This document shows, in pieces, positions 48,306-56,608 of a stretch of 64,000 nucleotides of DNA. The stretch covers positions 384,001 to 448,000 of the forward strand of contig OY968796.1 in the NCBI GenBank assembly GCA_963695545.1. The letters run 5' to 3'. Source of the DNA: Terriglobia bacterium (GTDB lineage Bacteria; Acidobacteriota; Terriglobia; Acidiferrales; UBA7541). A program made the translations under genes and the position numbers. Below the pieces are notes generated by a model that worked only from the letters and a program-made list of their open reading frames with translations, did no database searches and was not told where the DNA came from. Each line of letters starts with the position of its first letter. Positions within the stretch are counted from its first letter, which is position 1.

Positions 48306-48345
48306 AAAAGAAGAGATTGACACGCGCCGGGTGCGCACCTAGACT
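48306..48345 (+). promoter_or_regulatory. sigma70 promoter of the aromatic leader and pheA-aroF; includes direct repeat copy 2
   Basis: TTGACA(48317-48322)-N17-TAGACT(48340-48345). Confidence 0.75.
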
Positions 48346-48366
48346 GTCGTTGTCGGCAAGCTATCA

Positions 48367-48453
48367 ATGAACTACGCGCTCTATTTCGCCTTTAGCCGCC
48401 GCTTCTCCCCTTGGTCGTGGAGAAGCGGAGAGACTGGGGCTGTGCGCGGTTAG
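48367..48453 (+). CDS. Aromatic amino-acid leader peptide (28 aa)
   Basis: MNYALYFAFSRRFSPWSWRSGETGAVRG*. The first 18 codons include 2 Tyr, 3 Phe and 2 Trp. Embedded in attenuator hairpins. Confidence 0.8.
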   Translation: MNYALYFAFSRRFSPWSWRSGETGAVRG

Positions 48454-48497
48454 GATCAGCAGGTAGCCGAGCAAAACCGAGCGAGTTTCCCAGTCTG

Positions 48498-48530
48498 GCC
48501 GCGATCTCCGAAACGGAGCGCGGCTTTTTT
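48498..48530 (+). terminator. Attenuator terminator upstream of pheA
   Basis: GCCGCG-at-CTCCG-aaa-CGGAG-CGCGGC followed by TTTTTT. Confidence 0.82.
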
Positions 48531-48558
48531 ATTGCCCGGTGGTTTTCTGGAGGAGACG

Positions 48559-49428
48559 TTGAACACCAAGCCCCTGCGCGTGGCATTCCAAGGCGAGCCC
48601 GGCGCATTCAGCGAAGCGGCCGCCGTTGGTTTGCTCGGCGAAGCGATCGAAACCGTGCCGCGCCCCACGTTTGACCGCACGTTTGCCGCGATCGACGATG
48701 GCGCCGCGGATTTGCTGATGGTGCCGATCGAAAACAGCCTAGCCGGCTCCGTGCTGCGCGTTTTCGATCTGCTGCTCGATCATCGCCTCGCGATTCGCGC
48801 CGAAACGGTGATCCCCATCGAGCACGATCTGATCGCCTGTCCCGGCGCCACGCTCGAAGGCATTCGCTCGGTGGAATCGCATCCGATGGCGCTCGCGCAG
48901 TGCGAGCGATTGATTTCCGCGCATCCCGATTGGAAGCGCGTCCCCGCGGAAGACACTGCCGGCAGCGTCCGCGAAGTTCTCGCGCGCGGAGATCTTTCGC
49001 GCGCGGCCATCGCCGGCCGCCGCGCCGCAAAACATTACGGCGGAGTGGTGCTCGCCAGCGGCGTGCAGGACAACGCCCGGAACTTCACGCGCTTCCTGCT
49101 TCTTTCCACCGATCACAGCCCCGTCCCCGGCGCCGACAAAATGACGCTCGTCACGCGTCTTGCGCACAAACCCGGTGCGCTGCTTTCCGCGCTGCAGCCG
49201 TTTGCGCGACGCGGCGTGAATCTTCTCAAGATCGAAAGCCGCCCGATTCACGGCTGCCCCTGGGAATATCAATTTTTTCTGGATGTCGAAGCGACTTCGC
49301 CCGGCGCGCTCGAACAAGCCGTGGCTGAGTTGCGCAAAGAAACGCAGGAAGTGCGCGTGCTCGGCCTTTATCCCGGCGCGCGAAACCATTCGGAGGAACC
49401 AGCAACCTCCGCGGGGAGAAAGCCATGA
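48559..49428 (+). CDS. pheA: Prephenate dehydratase (PDT plus ACT, no chorismate mutase domain)
   Basis: [39 protein letters not shown] motif [11 protein letters not shown] start after GGAGGAG. Confidence 0.93.
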   Translation: MNTKPLRVAFQGEPGAFSEAAAVGLLGEAIETVPRPTFDRTFAAIDDGAADLLMVPIENSLAGSVLRVFDLLLDHRLAIRAETVIPIEHDLIACPGATLEGIRSVESHPMALAQCERLISAHPDWKRVPAEDTAGSVREVLARGDLSRAAIAGRRAAKHYGGVVLASGVQDNARNFTRFLLLSTDHSPVPGADKMTLVTRLAHKPGALLSALQPFARRGVNLLKIESRPIHGCPWEYQFFLDVEATSPGALEQAVAELRKETQEVRVLGLYPGARNHSEEPATSAGRKP

Positions 49429-50387
49429 GCACACGTCCGATGATTTCGCGCGCGGAACGCCCGAGCGGTTCGCGCGCAGCACAAGCCGCCGCGCCGCGAT
49501 CGAGCGCGGCCGGCCGCAGCATCGCGCGCGGAACGGCCCGCGCCGTACCGGTTGAGATCCCCGCCAAGCCCGTGCCGCCGTTCCGCTTAGCCAGCCGCGA
49601 ATTCCATCCCGAATCGAGTATCGTGCGCGCCGCCGGCGTCTCGATCGGCGCGGGATTGATCGTGATCGCGGGACCCTGCTCGGTGGAATCGCGGCGGCAA
49701 ATTCTCGATACCGCGCGGCGCGTCAAAGCCGCCGGCGCCAACATGCTTCGTGGCGGCGCCTACAAGCCGCGCACCTCACCCTACGATTTTCAGGGCCTGG
49801 GCCCGAAGGCGCTGGGTTGGCTGGCGGAAGCGCGCGAAGAAACCGGCCTACCGATTGTGACGGAGGTATTGAGCCAGGAAGATGTCGAACGCGTGGCCGA
49901 AATTGCGGACTTGATTCAGATCGGCGCGCGCAACATGCAGAACACTGCGCTGCTTCGCAAACTCGCGCGCGCGAAAAAGCCCGTGCTGCTGAAGCGCGGC
50001 CCATCGGCCACCATCGCGGAATGGCTGCTGGCCGCGGAATATTTATTGGCCGGCGGAAATCCCAACGTCGTACTGTGCGAGCGCGGCATCCGCACATTCG
50101 AGACAGCCACGCGCAACACGCTCGATCTTGTGAGCGTTGCGCTGGTAAAGCAGCTTTCGCATCTTCCCGTAATTGTGGACCCGTCGCACTCGACCGGCCT
50201 CTCGTCGCTTGTGCCGGCCGCGTCGCGCGCCGCCGTCGCCGTCGGCGCGGATGGACTCCTGATCGAAGTGCATCCGCATCCCGCCGAAGCCTGGTCGGAC
50301 GGCGCGCAGTCGCTTGAACCATCCGCGTTCGCCGCGCTCGTCCAAGAGCTTCGCGCGTGGCCGGCCCGGGCGAACGGTCACGCGTAG
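49425..50387 (+). CDS. aroF: DAHP synthase, type I-beta
   Basis: [62 protein letters not shown] overlap with pheA. Confidence 0.93.
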   Translation: MSTRPMISRAERPSGSRAAQAAAPRSSAAGRSIARGTARAVPVEIPAKPVPPFRLASREFHPESSIVRAAGVSIGAGLIVIAGPCSVESRRQILDTARRVKAAGANMLRGGAYKPRTSPYDFQGLGPKALGWLAEAREETGLPIVTEVLSQEDVERVAEIADLIQIGARNMQNTALLRKLARAKKPVLLKRGPSATIAEWLLAAEYLLAGGNPNVVLCERGIRTFETATRNTLDLVSVALVKQLSHLPVIVDPSHSTGLSSLVPAASRAAVAVGADGLLIEVHPHPAEAWSDGAQSLEPSAFAALVQELRAWPARANGHA

Positions 50388-50463
50388 CGCCGCGATCGCG
50401 CACGACGCCAATCGATCAAATTTTCAACGAGATTATGTCCTTAGAAGGGAGGAACGCGCGCCG

Positions 50464-51390
50464 CTAACGCCGCGCTTCGACTGCCTGTGGCTCTTCCGCG
50501 GCCACGGGGGCCTTGCGGTGCTCGCGCACCAGCGCAACGAACGACTGCGCCGCGCGCGGCAAGCTGCGGTCGCGCCGATAAACGAGGCCAAGCGTGCGCC
50601 ACACGTCCACGCCTTCAAGCGGAATCAACTTCGCCTCGCCCGACTTCACTTCATCGCGGGCGAAACTCTCGCTGATGAACGAAACGCCCGCGTTGGCCAC
50701 CACGAAGCGCTTGATCATCCCGATGCTCGGCAACTCCATCGAGACGTGCATGCGCGAGCGGTAGGCCCGGAACAATTTATCGAGCACCTGGCGCGTGTAT
50801 CCCGTCTTCGGAAAAATCAGCGGCTGCTCGGCCACCGCCGCAAGCGTCACCTTGCTGAGGCTGGCCAGCGGGCTCTGCCGCCCGACCATCAGCATCATGC
50901 GATCCTTAAATATGGGATGAACCTTCAGGTTCGGCGATTTCACCGGCAGCGTGACGATGCCCACGTCGATCGTGCCGTCTTCAAGGCGTTGCAGAATCTT
51001 GTGGCTGAAATTGCGGTAGACGCTGACGTGCACCAAAGGGTAGCGGCGCTGATATTCCGCGAAGATGTCGGGCAGCACGTAAAGACACGTGGCCTCGTTC
51101 GCGCCGAAGTAAAGTGGCCCCTGCACGGTGGTGCCGCGATCGGCCACAGATTGCAGCGATTCGTCGCGCAGACGGAGCAGGCGCGCCGCGTAATCGAAAA
51201 GCACTTCGCCGGCCGGCGTAAGCTGCACGGATTTCGCCGAGCGATCGAGCAGCCGCGCTCCGTAAGCTTGTTCAAGCTGCCGAATTTGGGCGCTCACGGC
51301 CGATTGCGACCGAAAAACCTTCTGGCCCGCGCGAGAGAAGCTCCCGAGCTTGGCAACCTGAACGAACGTGGTCAGTTGATCGAAATCCAT
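50464..51390 (-). CDS. LysR family transcriptional regulator
   Basis: HTH QLTTFVQVAKLGSFSRAGQKVFRSQSAVSAQIRQLE...LTPAGE plus substrate-binding domain. Confidence 0.95.
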   Translation of the reverse strand: MDFDQLTTFVQVAKLGSFSRAGQKVFRSQSAVSAQIRQLEQAYGARLLDRSAKSVQLTPAGEVLFDYAARLLRLRDESLQSVADRGTTVQGPLYFGANEATCLYVLPDIFAEYQRRYPLVHVSVYRNFSHKILQRLEDGTIDVGIVTLPVKSPNLKVHPIFKDRMMLMVGRQSPLASLSKVTLAAVAEQPLIFPKTGYTRQVLDKLFRAYRSRMHVSMELPSIGMIKRFVVANAGVSFISESFARDEVKSGEAKLIPLEGVDVWRTLGLVYRRDRSLPRAAQSFVALVREHRKAPVAAEEPQAVEARR

Positions 51391-51473
51391 GGGGTACCCA
51401 GTAGCTGCGCATTATACCGGATTTACCCTATTTCGGGTGGCCCGGAGGATTCTGACAAGCGGTCCTCTCGAAC

Positions 51474-51953
51474 CTAGGAGTAAAACCTCTCCATTCGATA
51501 ATTTGTGAGCCCAACGCCCCGCCGGACCACCTCTTGCGGTGCAACCACGTGGAATCCGACTCGTTCAAAAAACGGCCGAGCCGTAATGCTCGCCTCGGTA
51601 AAGATGCGACGGACGCCGCTCGCAAGCGCTTCTTCCTCGACGCGCCAGTAAAGCGCCGACGCCACACCGCGCCGCTGATGGAGGCTATGCACATACAGAT
51701 GATGGATGTGTCCGTCGAGACTGAATGTGACGAAACCAACGACGTCGGAATCGAGTTCGGCCACAAAGCCAGTCAGTCGGCTAAGCTGGCTGCGCCAATA
51801 TTCAGTGTCGGGGGGCTCAGGAGCCCACGCGGCCAGTTGCTCGGGCGAATAATCCTTTGCGCCAATGGCGTGAACCGATTCCGTGAAGACGCGAGCCAAG
51901 GCGGCAGCGTCCCTTGAAGCACACAAACGCACATTCATGACGGACGCCAACAT
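51474..51953 (-). CDS. GNAT family acetyltransferase (YafP-like)
   Basis: DYSPEQLAAW, HLYVH...QRRGVASAL, EASITARPFFERVGF, NYRM. Confidence 0.88.
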   Translation of the reverse strand: MLASVMNVRLCASRDAAALARVFTESVHAIGAKDYSPEQLAAWAPEPPDTEYWRSQLSRLTGFVAELDSDVVGFVTFSLDGHIHHLYVHSLHQRRGVASALYWRVEEEALASGVRRIFTEASITARPFFERVGFHVVAPQEVVRRGVGLTNYRMERFYS

Positions 51954-51998
51954 GCCGGCAATTCTGCTTTTGGGATTCTACCGGATTTCGTCGCGCCC

Positions 51999-54900
51999 TC
52001 AGTTACCGAGCGCGGATTGCGAGACCTGCGGCACGGCCGCGGCCACGGACACAACTTTCGGATGCGCGGCCATCCCGGCAAGAATCGGCTCCCAAGTGCG
52101 CTCGATCGAACACGGCAATTGCTTCGGCTGCACGCGCCAGAATGGCAGCGCCGCGCCGCGCAAGATTTGTGCGGCGCACGGGCTGCGCGTGAGCCGAACG
52201 TGTTCGGCGAGCACCGCGCGCAGATTTTCTTCTTCCACCGCTTCGAGCGGAACCAGTGTGACGAACTCGCGATTCAGTTTGTTCTGCGCGTGCGCCGGCA
52301 TCAGATAGGCCAAGCCGCCGGTCATGCCGGAGCCGAAATTCAAGCCGACCGAACCCAGGATCACCGCCACGCCGGAAGTCATGTACTCGCAGCCGTGCTG
52401 GCCCACGCCTTCAATCACCGCCAGCGCGCCGCTATTGCGCACAGCAAAGCGTTCGCCGCCGCGCCCGGCGACGAACAAACGCCCCGCGGTCGCGCCATAC
52501 AAACACGTGTTGCCCACCAGCACGTCGCCGCGCCGCGCCGCCTGCAAGCCCGAGTTCACGGCGATCACGCCGCCGCACAGCCCCTTGCCGACGTAGTCGT
52601 TCGCTTCGCCGGTCAATCGCAGCGTCACGCCCGGCACCAGCCACGCGCCGAAGCTCTGCCCGGCCGCGCCGCGGAATTCGTATTCCAGCGGAGTCGCATT
52701 CGTGTCCACGTCCAAATTGCCGCGCTCGAGTTCGCCGCTCAAGTGCGCGCCCACGCTGCGATCGGAATTCGAGATCGTCTGCGTTTCTCCGGTGGGCACC
52801 GCGAGTTTTGCCAGCCGGTGCGCCAGATCGAGGCCGCGCGAAACTTTTGACGGCTTCTGCGCCCCGGCCAATGTTTCCGGCGGCGGCGCGAGCAAAATTT
52901 CAAGCCACGGCGCGTCCTGCTCCGAGCGCGGCCGCAAGCGCCCTTCCGCGCCGACCAATTCGTGCAGTGTGCGCGCACCGAGCCGCGCCAAGTTCGTGCG
53001 CACTTCTTCGGCCAGCGATCGGAAATACGCCACGACCATTTCCGGTTTTCCCGTGAAGCGCGCGCGCAGCGCCTCATCCTGCGTGGCAATCCCCACAGGA
53101 CACGTATTCAAGTGGCATTGCCGCGCCATGATGCAACCCATCGCCAGCAGCGACGAAGTGCCGAAGCCGTATTCGTCCGCGCCCAGCACCGTCGCCACCA
53201 GAATGTCGCGCGCGAATTTAAACCCGCCGTCGGTGCGCAGCGTGACGCGCGATCGCAGCCCCATGCGAATCAGCGTCTCGTGCGTATCGTGCAGTCCGAT
53301 CTCCCACGGCAGCCCCGTGTTCTTGATCGAAGTCAGCGGCGAAGAACCCGTGCCACCAGCGTGACCGCTGATCGTGATCACGTCAGCGCCGGCCTTGGCC
53401 ACGCCCGCCGCGATCACGCCCACGCCCGCGCCCGAAACCAGCTTCACGCCAACGCGCGCGCGCGGATTCACGGCTTTCAAATCGTGGATCAACTGCGCCA
53501 AATCTTCGATGCTGTAAATATCGTGATGCGGCGGCGGCGAAATCAGCGGCATGCCGGGCACCGCGTGGCGAATGCGCGCGATGTATTCGCTCACTTTTTT
53601 CGCCGGCAGCTGTCCGCCCTCGCCGGGCTTCGAGCCCTGCGCCATTTTGATTTCAATTTCTTCAGCGTGGACCAAATATTCCGTGGTCACGCCGAAGCGC
53701 CCCGACGCGACCTGCTTGATCTTGTTGGCGGCCTCCGGTTCGTTACGATAGAGCAGATTGTCTTCGCCGCCCTCACCGGTATTGCTGCGCCCGCCGATGG
53801 CATTCATGGCGATCGCCAGCGTCTTGTGCGCTTCCGGGCTCAGCGCGCCGAGCGACATGGCCTGCGTGCTGAAGCGCGCGAGGATAGCCTCTTGCGGCTC
53901 GACTTCCTCGATCGGAATCGGCTCCGTGGGAACCAGTTCGAGCATGTCGCGCACGGCCACGGGACTCTGCGCCGCGAGCGCCTCGAAGAACGCGTAGCTC
54001 TCATCAGTCGGCTTGCGCACGTGCGCGTGCATGCGGCGCACAACATCGGGCGAAGTGCCGTGCAGCTCGCCGCCCTTGCGGAAGCGATATAAGCCGGAGT
54101 CCGATAGATCGTCGTGCTCGCCCGAATACGCCGCCGCGTGCATCCACAAATATTCGCCCAGCAGGCCGTCGAGTGTTTTTTGGCCCAGATAATCGGCCAC
54201 GTCCTCGAAATATTCCGAGCAAATTTCCGCGCCAAGCCCGACGACCTCAAACAGCCGCCCGTTGCGATAGCTCGCCAGCGTTGAAACTCCCATGCGCGCC
54301 AAAACTTTTCGCATCCCGGCGTCCACCGCCGTGCGCACCTTTTCCGCGCCGCCCGGCGCATCGCTTTCCGCGAAATGCAGCGCGAGATACGGATGCACCG
54401 AACTCGCGCCGATCGCCAGCAGCATGGCGATATGGTGCGTATCGAACGCTTGCCCGGTCTCAACCACCAGCGGCACGTCGCACAGTCCTTCGCGCACCAT
54501 CGACTTCCACGCCGCGGAAGCCGCCAGCAGCGCCGGCAGCGCCGCGCGATCTTCGCCGACGCGCTTGTCCGTGAGCAAAATCATGTCCGGCCGCCCGCTC
54601 ACCACCAGCGGCTCGGCCGCGATTTGCGCCAGAGCGTCCCTGGCTCCCGAAATTCCCTCGGCTGCCGGGAATGTGAAATCGATGCGCTGCACTTTCCCGA
54701 GAATGCTGGTGAGCTCTTCGAGCTGTTCCGGCCCGATCACCGGAGAGCGCAGCACCGCATCGCCCAGCCGAATCTCGAGCGACATCACCTGCGTTTCGCG
54801 CAGCGGATCGATCGCCGGATTGGTGACCTGCGCGAATCGCTGCTTGCAGTAATCCCAAAGCGTGCGATGCAGTCCGGAAAGAAACGCCGGCGGCGCGTCG

Positions 54901-56330
54901 TCGCCCATGCTCCAATCGGCTTCTTTGCCCTTGGTCAGCGAACCGAACAGCATCCGGAATTGATCTTCGGTCCAGCCGAATGCCGCTGCCGCGCGCTTCG
55001 GCTCCGCCGGCGGATCGGCCGCGCGAGAAATCGCCGGAGCCACGTGCCGCGCCTTCGCCGGCTTGGTCTTCGATGAACGCCGCGCCACGCGCTCCACCAC
55101 TTGGCGCCAATTCGCGAACAGTCCCGTCGATGGATTCACGATCACCATCTCGCCGGGCCCCAGGCGCTGCCGCTCCGCGATGCGCGATTCGTCCAAATCC
55201 ACCAGGCCGGTTTCCGAGCCGACCACCACCAACCCATCGCGCGTGCGCGTGTAGCGCAGCGGCCGCAGACCATTGCGATCGAGCTTCGCGCCCACAAAGC
55301 TTCCGTCCGTGAAAATCAGCGCCGCCGGCCCGTCCCACGGTTCGCCCTGCAGGTAAAGCGCTTCCAGCCCGCGCTTCGCGGCTTCCGAAAGCGTCGGATC
55401 CTTTTCAAATACCGGCGGCACCATCACCAGCATGGTGTCTTCCGCCGATTGGCCTTGGCGAATGCGCAACTCGAAGCCGTTATCGAAACTCGCCGAATCG
55501 CTCACGTTGTCTTCAAGCAGCCCGAACCAATCGCCGACGCCCAGGCGTTCTCGAATCTGCGTGCCATGCGCGCGCAGCCAGCGGCGATTGGAAACGATCG
55601 TGTTGATTTCGCCGTTGTGCGCGCTGTATCGAAACGGCTGCGCCAGCTGCCAGGAAGGTTTCGTGTTCGTCGAATAACGCTGATGGAAAATCGAAAAATT
55701 AATCTCGAATGACTCGTCGCGCAGGTCGGCGTAAAACTTCGGCAATTGCCACGGCGTCAGCAGCCCCTTGTACACCACCATCCGCGAGGAAACCGAACAG
55801 AAGTACGTGCCCTTCGGCGAGAGCAGCTCCGCGCGCTTCCGCAGTGACGTCAGCTTGTTTTCAAATCGCGCCGCTCCGCGCGATGCCCGCGAAGGAGCCA
55901 CGAAAAATTGCCAGATGCGCGGCATCGTCGCCAACGCGCGCGGCCCCAGCGTCGATGGATCGGTCGGAACGCGCCGCCATCCCAATACGCGAATCTGCTC
56001 GGCGCGCGCCGCCACTTCCACCGCCGCGCGCACGCCTTGCTCGGACGCCGCCGGCACAAACACCATGCCCAGGCCGAATAAATCCGGAAGCCGAATGCCC
56101 TCGCGCTCGGCGCTCTTACGTATAAATTCTTCAGGAAGCGAAGTCAGCAGACCCGCGCCGTCGCCGCTCGCGCCGTCCGCATCCACTCCGCCGCGATGCG
56201 TCAGCCGTTCAAGCGCAGTGAGAGACATGCGCACAAGGTCGTAGCTCGGCGAGCCACGCAGTTGCGCAAGCAGCCCAGTCCCACAGGCATCATGGTCTGG
56301 GTGACCCCAATTCGGCTGCGGACACATCAT
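51999..56330 (-). CDS. gltB: Glutamate synthase large subunit
   Basis: Ntn Cys in HDACGTG, HQRYSTNT, HNGEINT, EPWDGPA, SNTGEGG, KMAQGSKPGEGGQLP, 3Fe-4S motif CIMARQCHLNTC, GXGXG C-terminal domain. Confidence 0.96.
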   Translation of the reverse strand: MMCPQPNWGHPDHDACGTGLLAQLRGSPSYDLVRMSLTALERLTHRGGVDADGASGDGAGLLTSLPEEFIRKSAEREGIRLPDLFGLGMVFVPAASEQGVRAAVEVAARAEQIRVLGWRRVPTDPSTLGPRALATMPRIWQFFVAPSRASRGAARFENKLTSLRKRAELLSPKGTYFCSVSSRMVVYKGLLTPWQLPKFYADLRDESFEINFSIFHQRYSTNTKPSWQLAQPFRYSAHNGEINTIVSNRRWLRAHGTQIRERLGVGDWFGLLEDNVSDSASFDNGFELRIRQGQSAEDTMLVMVPPVFEKDPTLSEAAKRGLEALYLQGEPWDGPAALIFTDGSFVGAKLDRNGLRPLRYTRTRDGLVVVGSETGLVDLDESRIAERQRLGPGEMVIVNPSTGLFANWRQVVERVARRSSKTKPAKARHVAPAISRAADPPAEPKRAAAAFGWTEDQFRMLFGSLTKGKEADWSMGDDAPPAFLSGLHRTLWDYCKQRFAQVTNPAIDPLRETQVMSLEIRLGDAVLRSPVIGPEQLEELTSILGKVQRIDFTFPAAEGISGARDALAQIAAEPLVVSGRPDMILLTDKRVGEDRAALPALLAASAAWKSMVREGLCDVPLVVETGQAFDTHHIAMLLAIGASSVHPYLALHFAESDAPGGAEKVRTAVDAGMRKVLARMGVSTLASYRNGRLFEVVGLGAEICSEYFEDVADYLGQKTLDGLLGEYLWMHAAAYSGEHDDLSDSGLYRFRKGGELHGTSPDVVRRMHAHVRKPTDESYAFFEALAAQSPVAVRDMLELVPTEPIPIEEVEPQEAILARFSTQAMSLGALSPEAHKTLAIAMNAIGGRSNTGEGGEDNLLYRNEPEAANKIKQVASGRFGVTTEYLVHAEEIEIKMAQGSKPGEGGQLPAKKVSEYIARIRHAVPGMPLISPPPHHDIYSIEDLAQLIHDLKAVNPRARVGVKLVSGAGVGVIAAGVAKAGADVITISGHAGGTGSSPLTSIKNTGLPWEIGLHDTHETLIRMGLRSRVTLRTDGGFKFARDILVATVLGADEYGFGTSSLLAMGCIMARQCHLNTCPVGIATQDEALRARFTGKPEMVVAYFRSLAEEVRTNLARLGARTLHELVGAEGRLRPRSEQDAPWLEILLAPPPETLAGAQKPSKVSRGLDLAHRLAKLAVPTGETQTISNSDRSVGAHLSGELERGNLDVDTNATPLEYEFRGAAGQSFGAWLVPGVTLRLTGEANDYVGKGLCGGVIAVNSGLQAARRGDVLVGNTCLYGATAGRLFVAGRGGERFAVRNSGALAVIEGVGQHGCEYMTSGVAVILGSVGLNFGSGMTGGLAYLMPAHAQNKLNREFVTLVPLEAVEEENLRAVLAEHVRLTRSPCAAQILRGAALPFWRVQPKQLPCSIERTWEPILAGMAAHPKVVSVAAAVPQVSQSALGN

Positions 56331-56608
56331 AATCTTAGTACCCCGGAAGCCCCTCAAAAGTACAATCTAGAATTTCGATTTGAAGGATTCGTTTTTCTCG
56401 ATCCAAAATCGACGCTGCTTAACTATTGTGGTTACAATAACATAACGGCAATTTGGGACGCCAAAAACGCGCGCCCGGAAACACGTCCACCTCGGGGGCG
56501 CCTCGCGGATGGATCAAACCGCTCAAGAAAAATTCACACAAAGACGCTAGAATGACGAGGAACAATTGTGAATTATATCTCGCCGTCACGCGGCCAGACA
56601 ACACCAAA

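Noticed and set aside
56448..56463. Possible sigma54 promoter for gltB (TGGCGTCCCAAATTGC, minus strand)
   Set aside because: The GG to GC spacing is 11 nt. Sigma54 requires 10.
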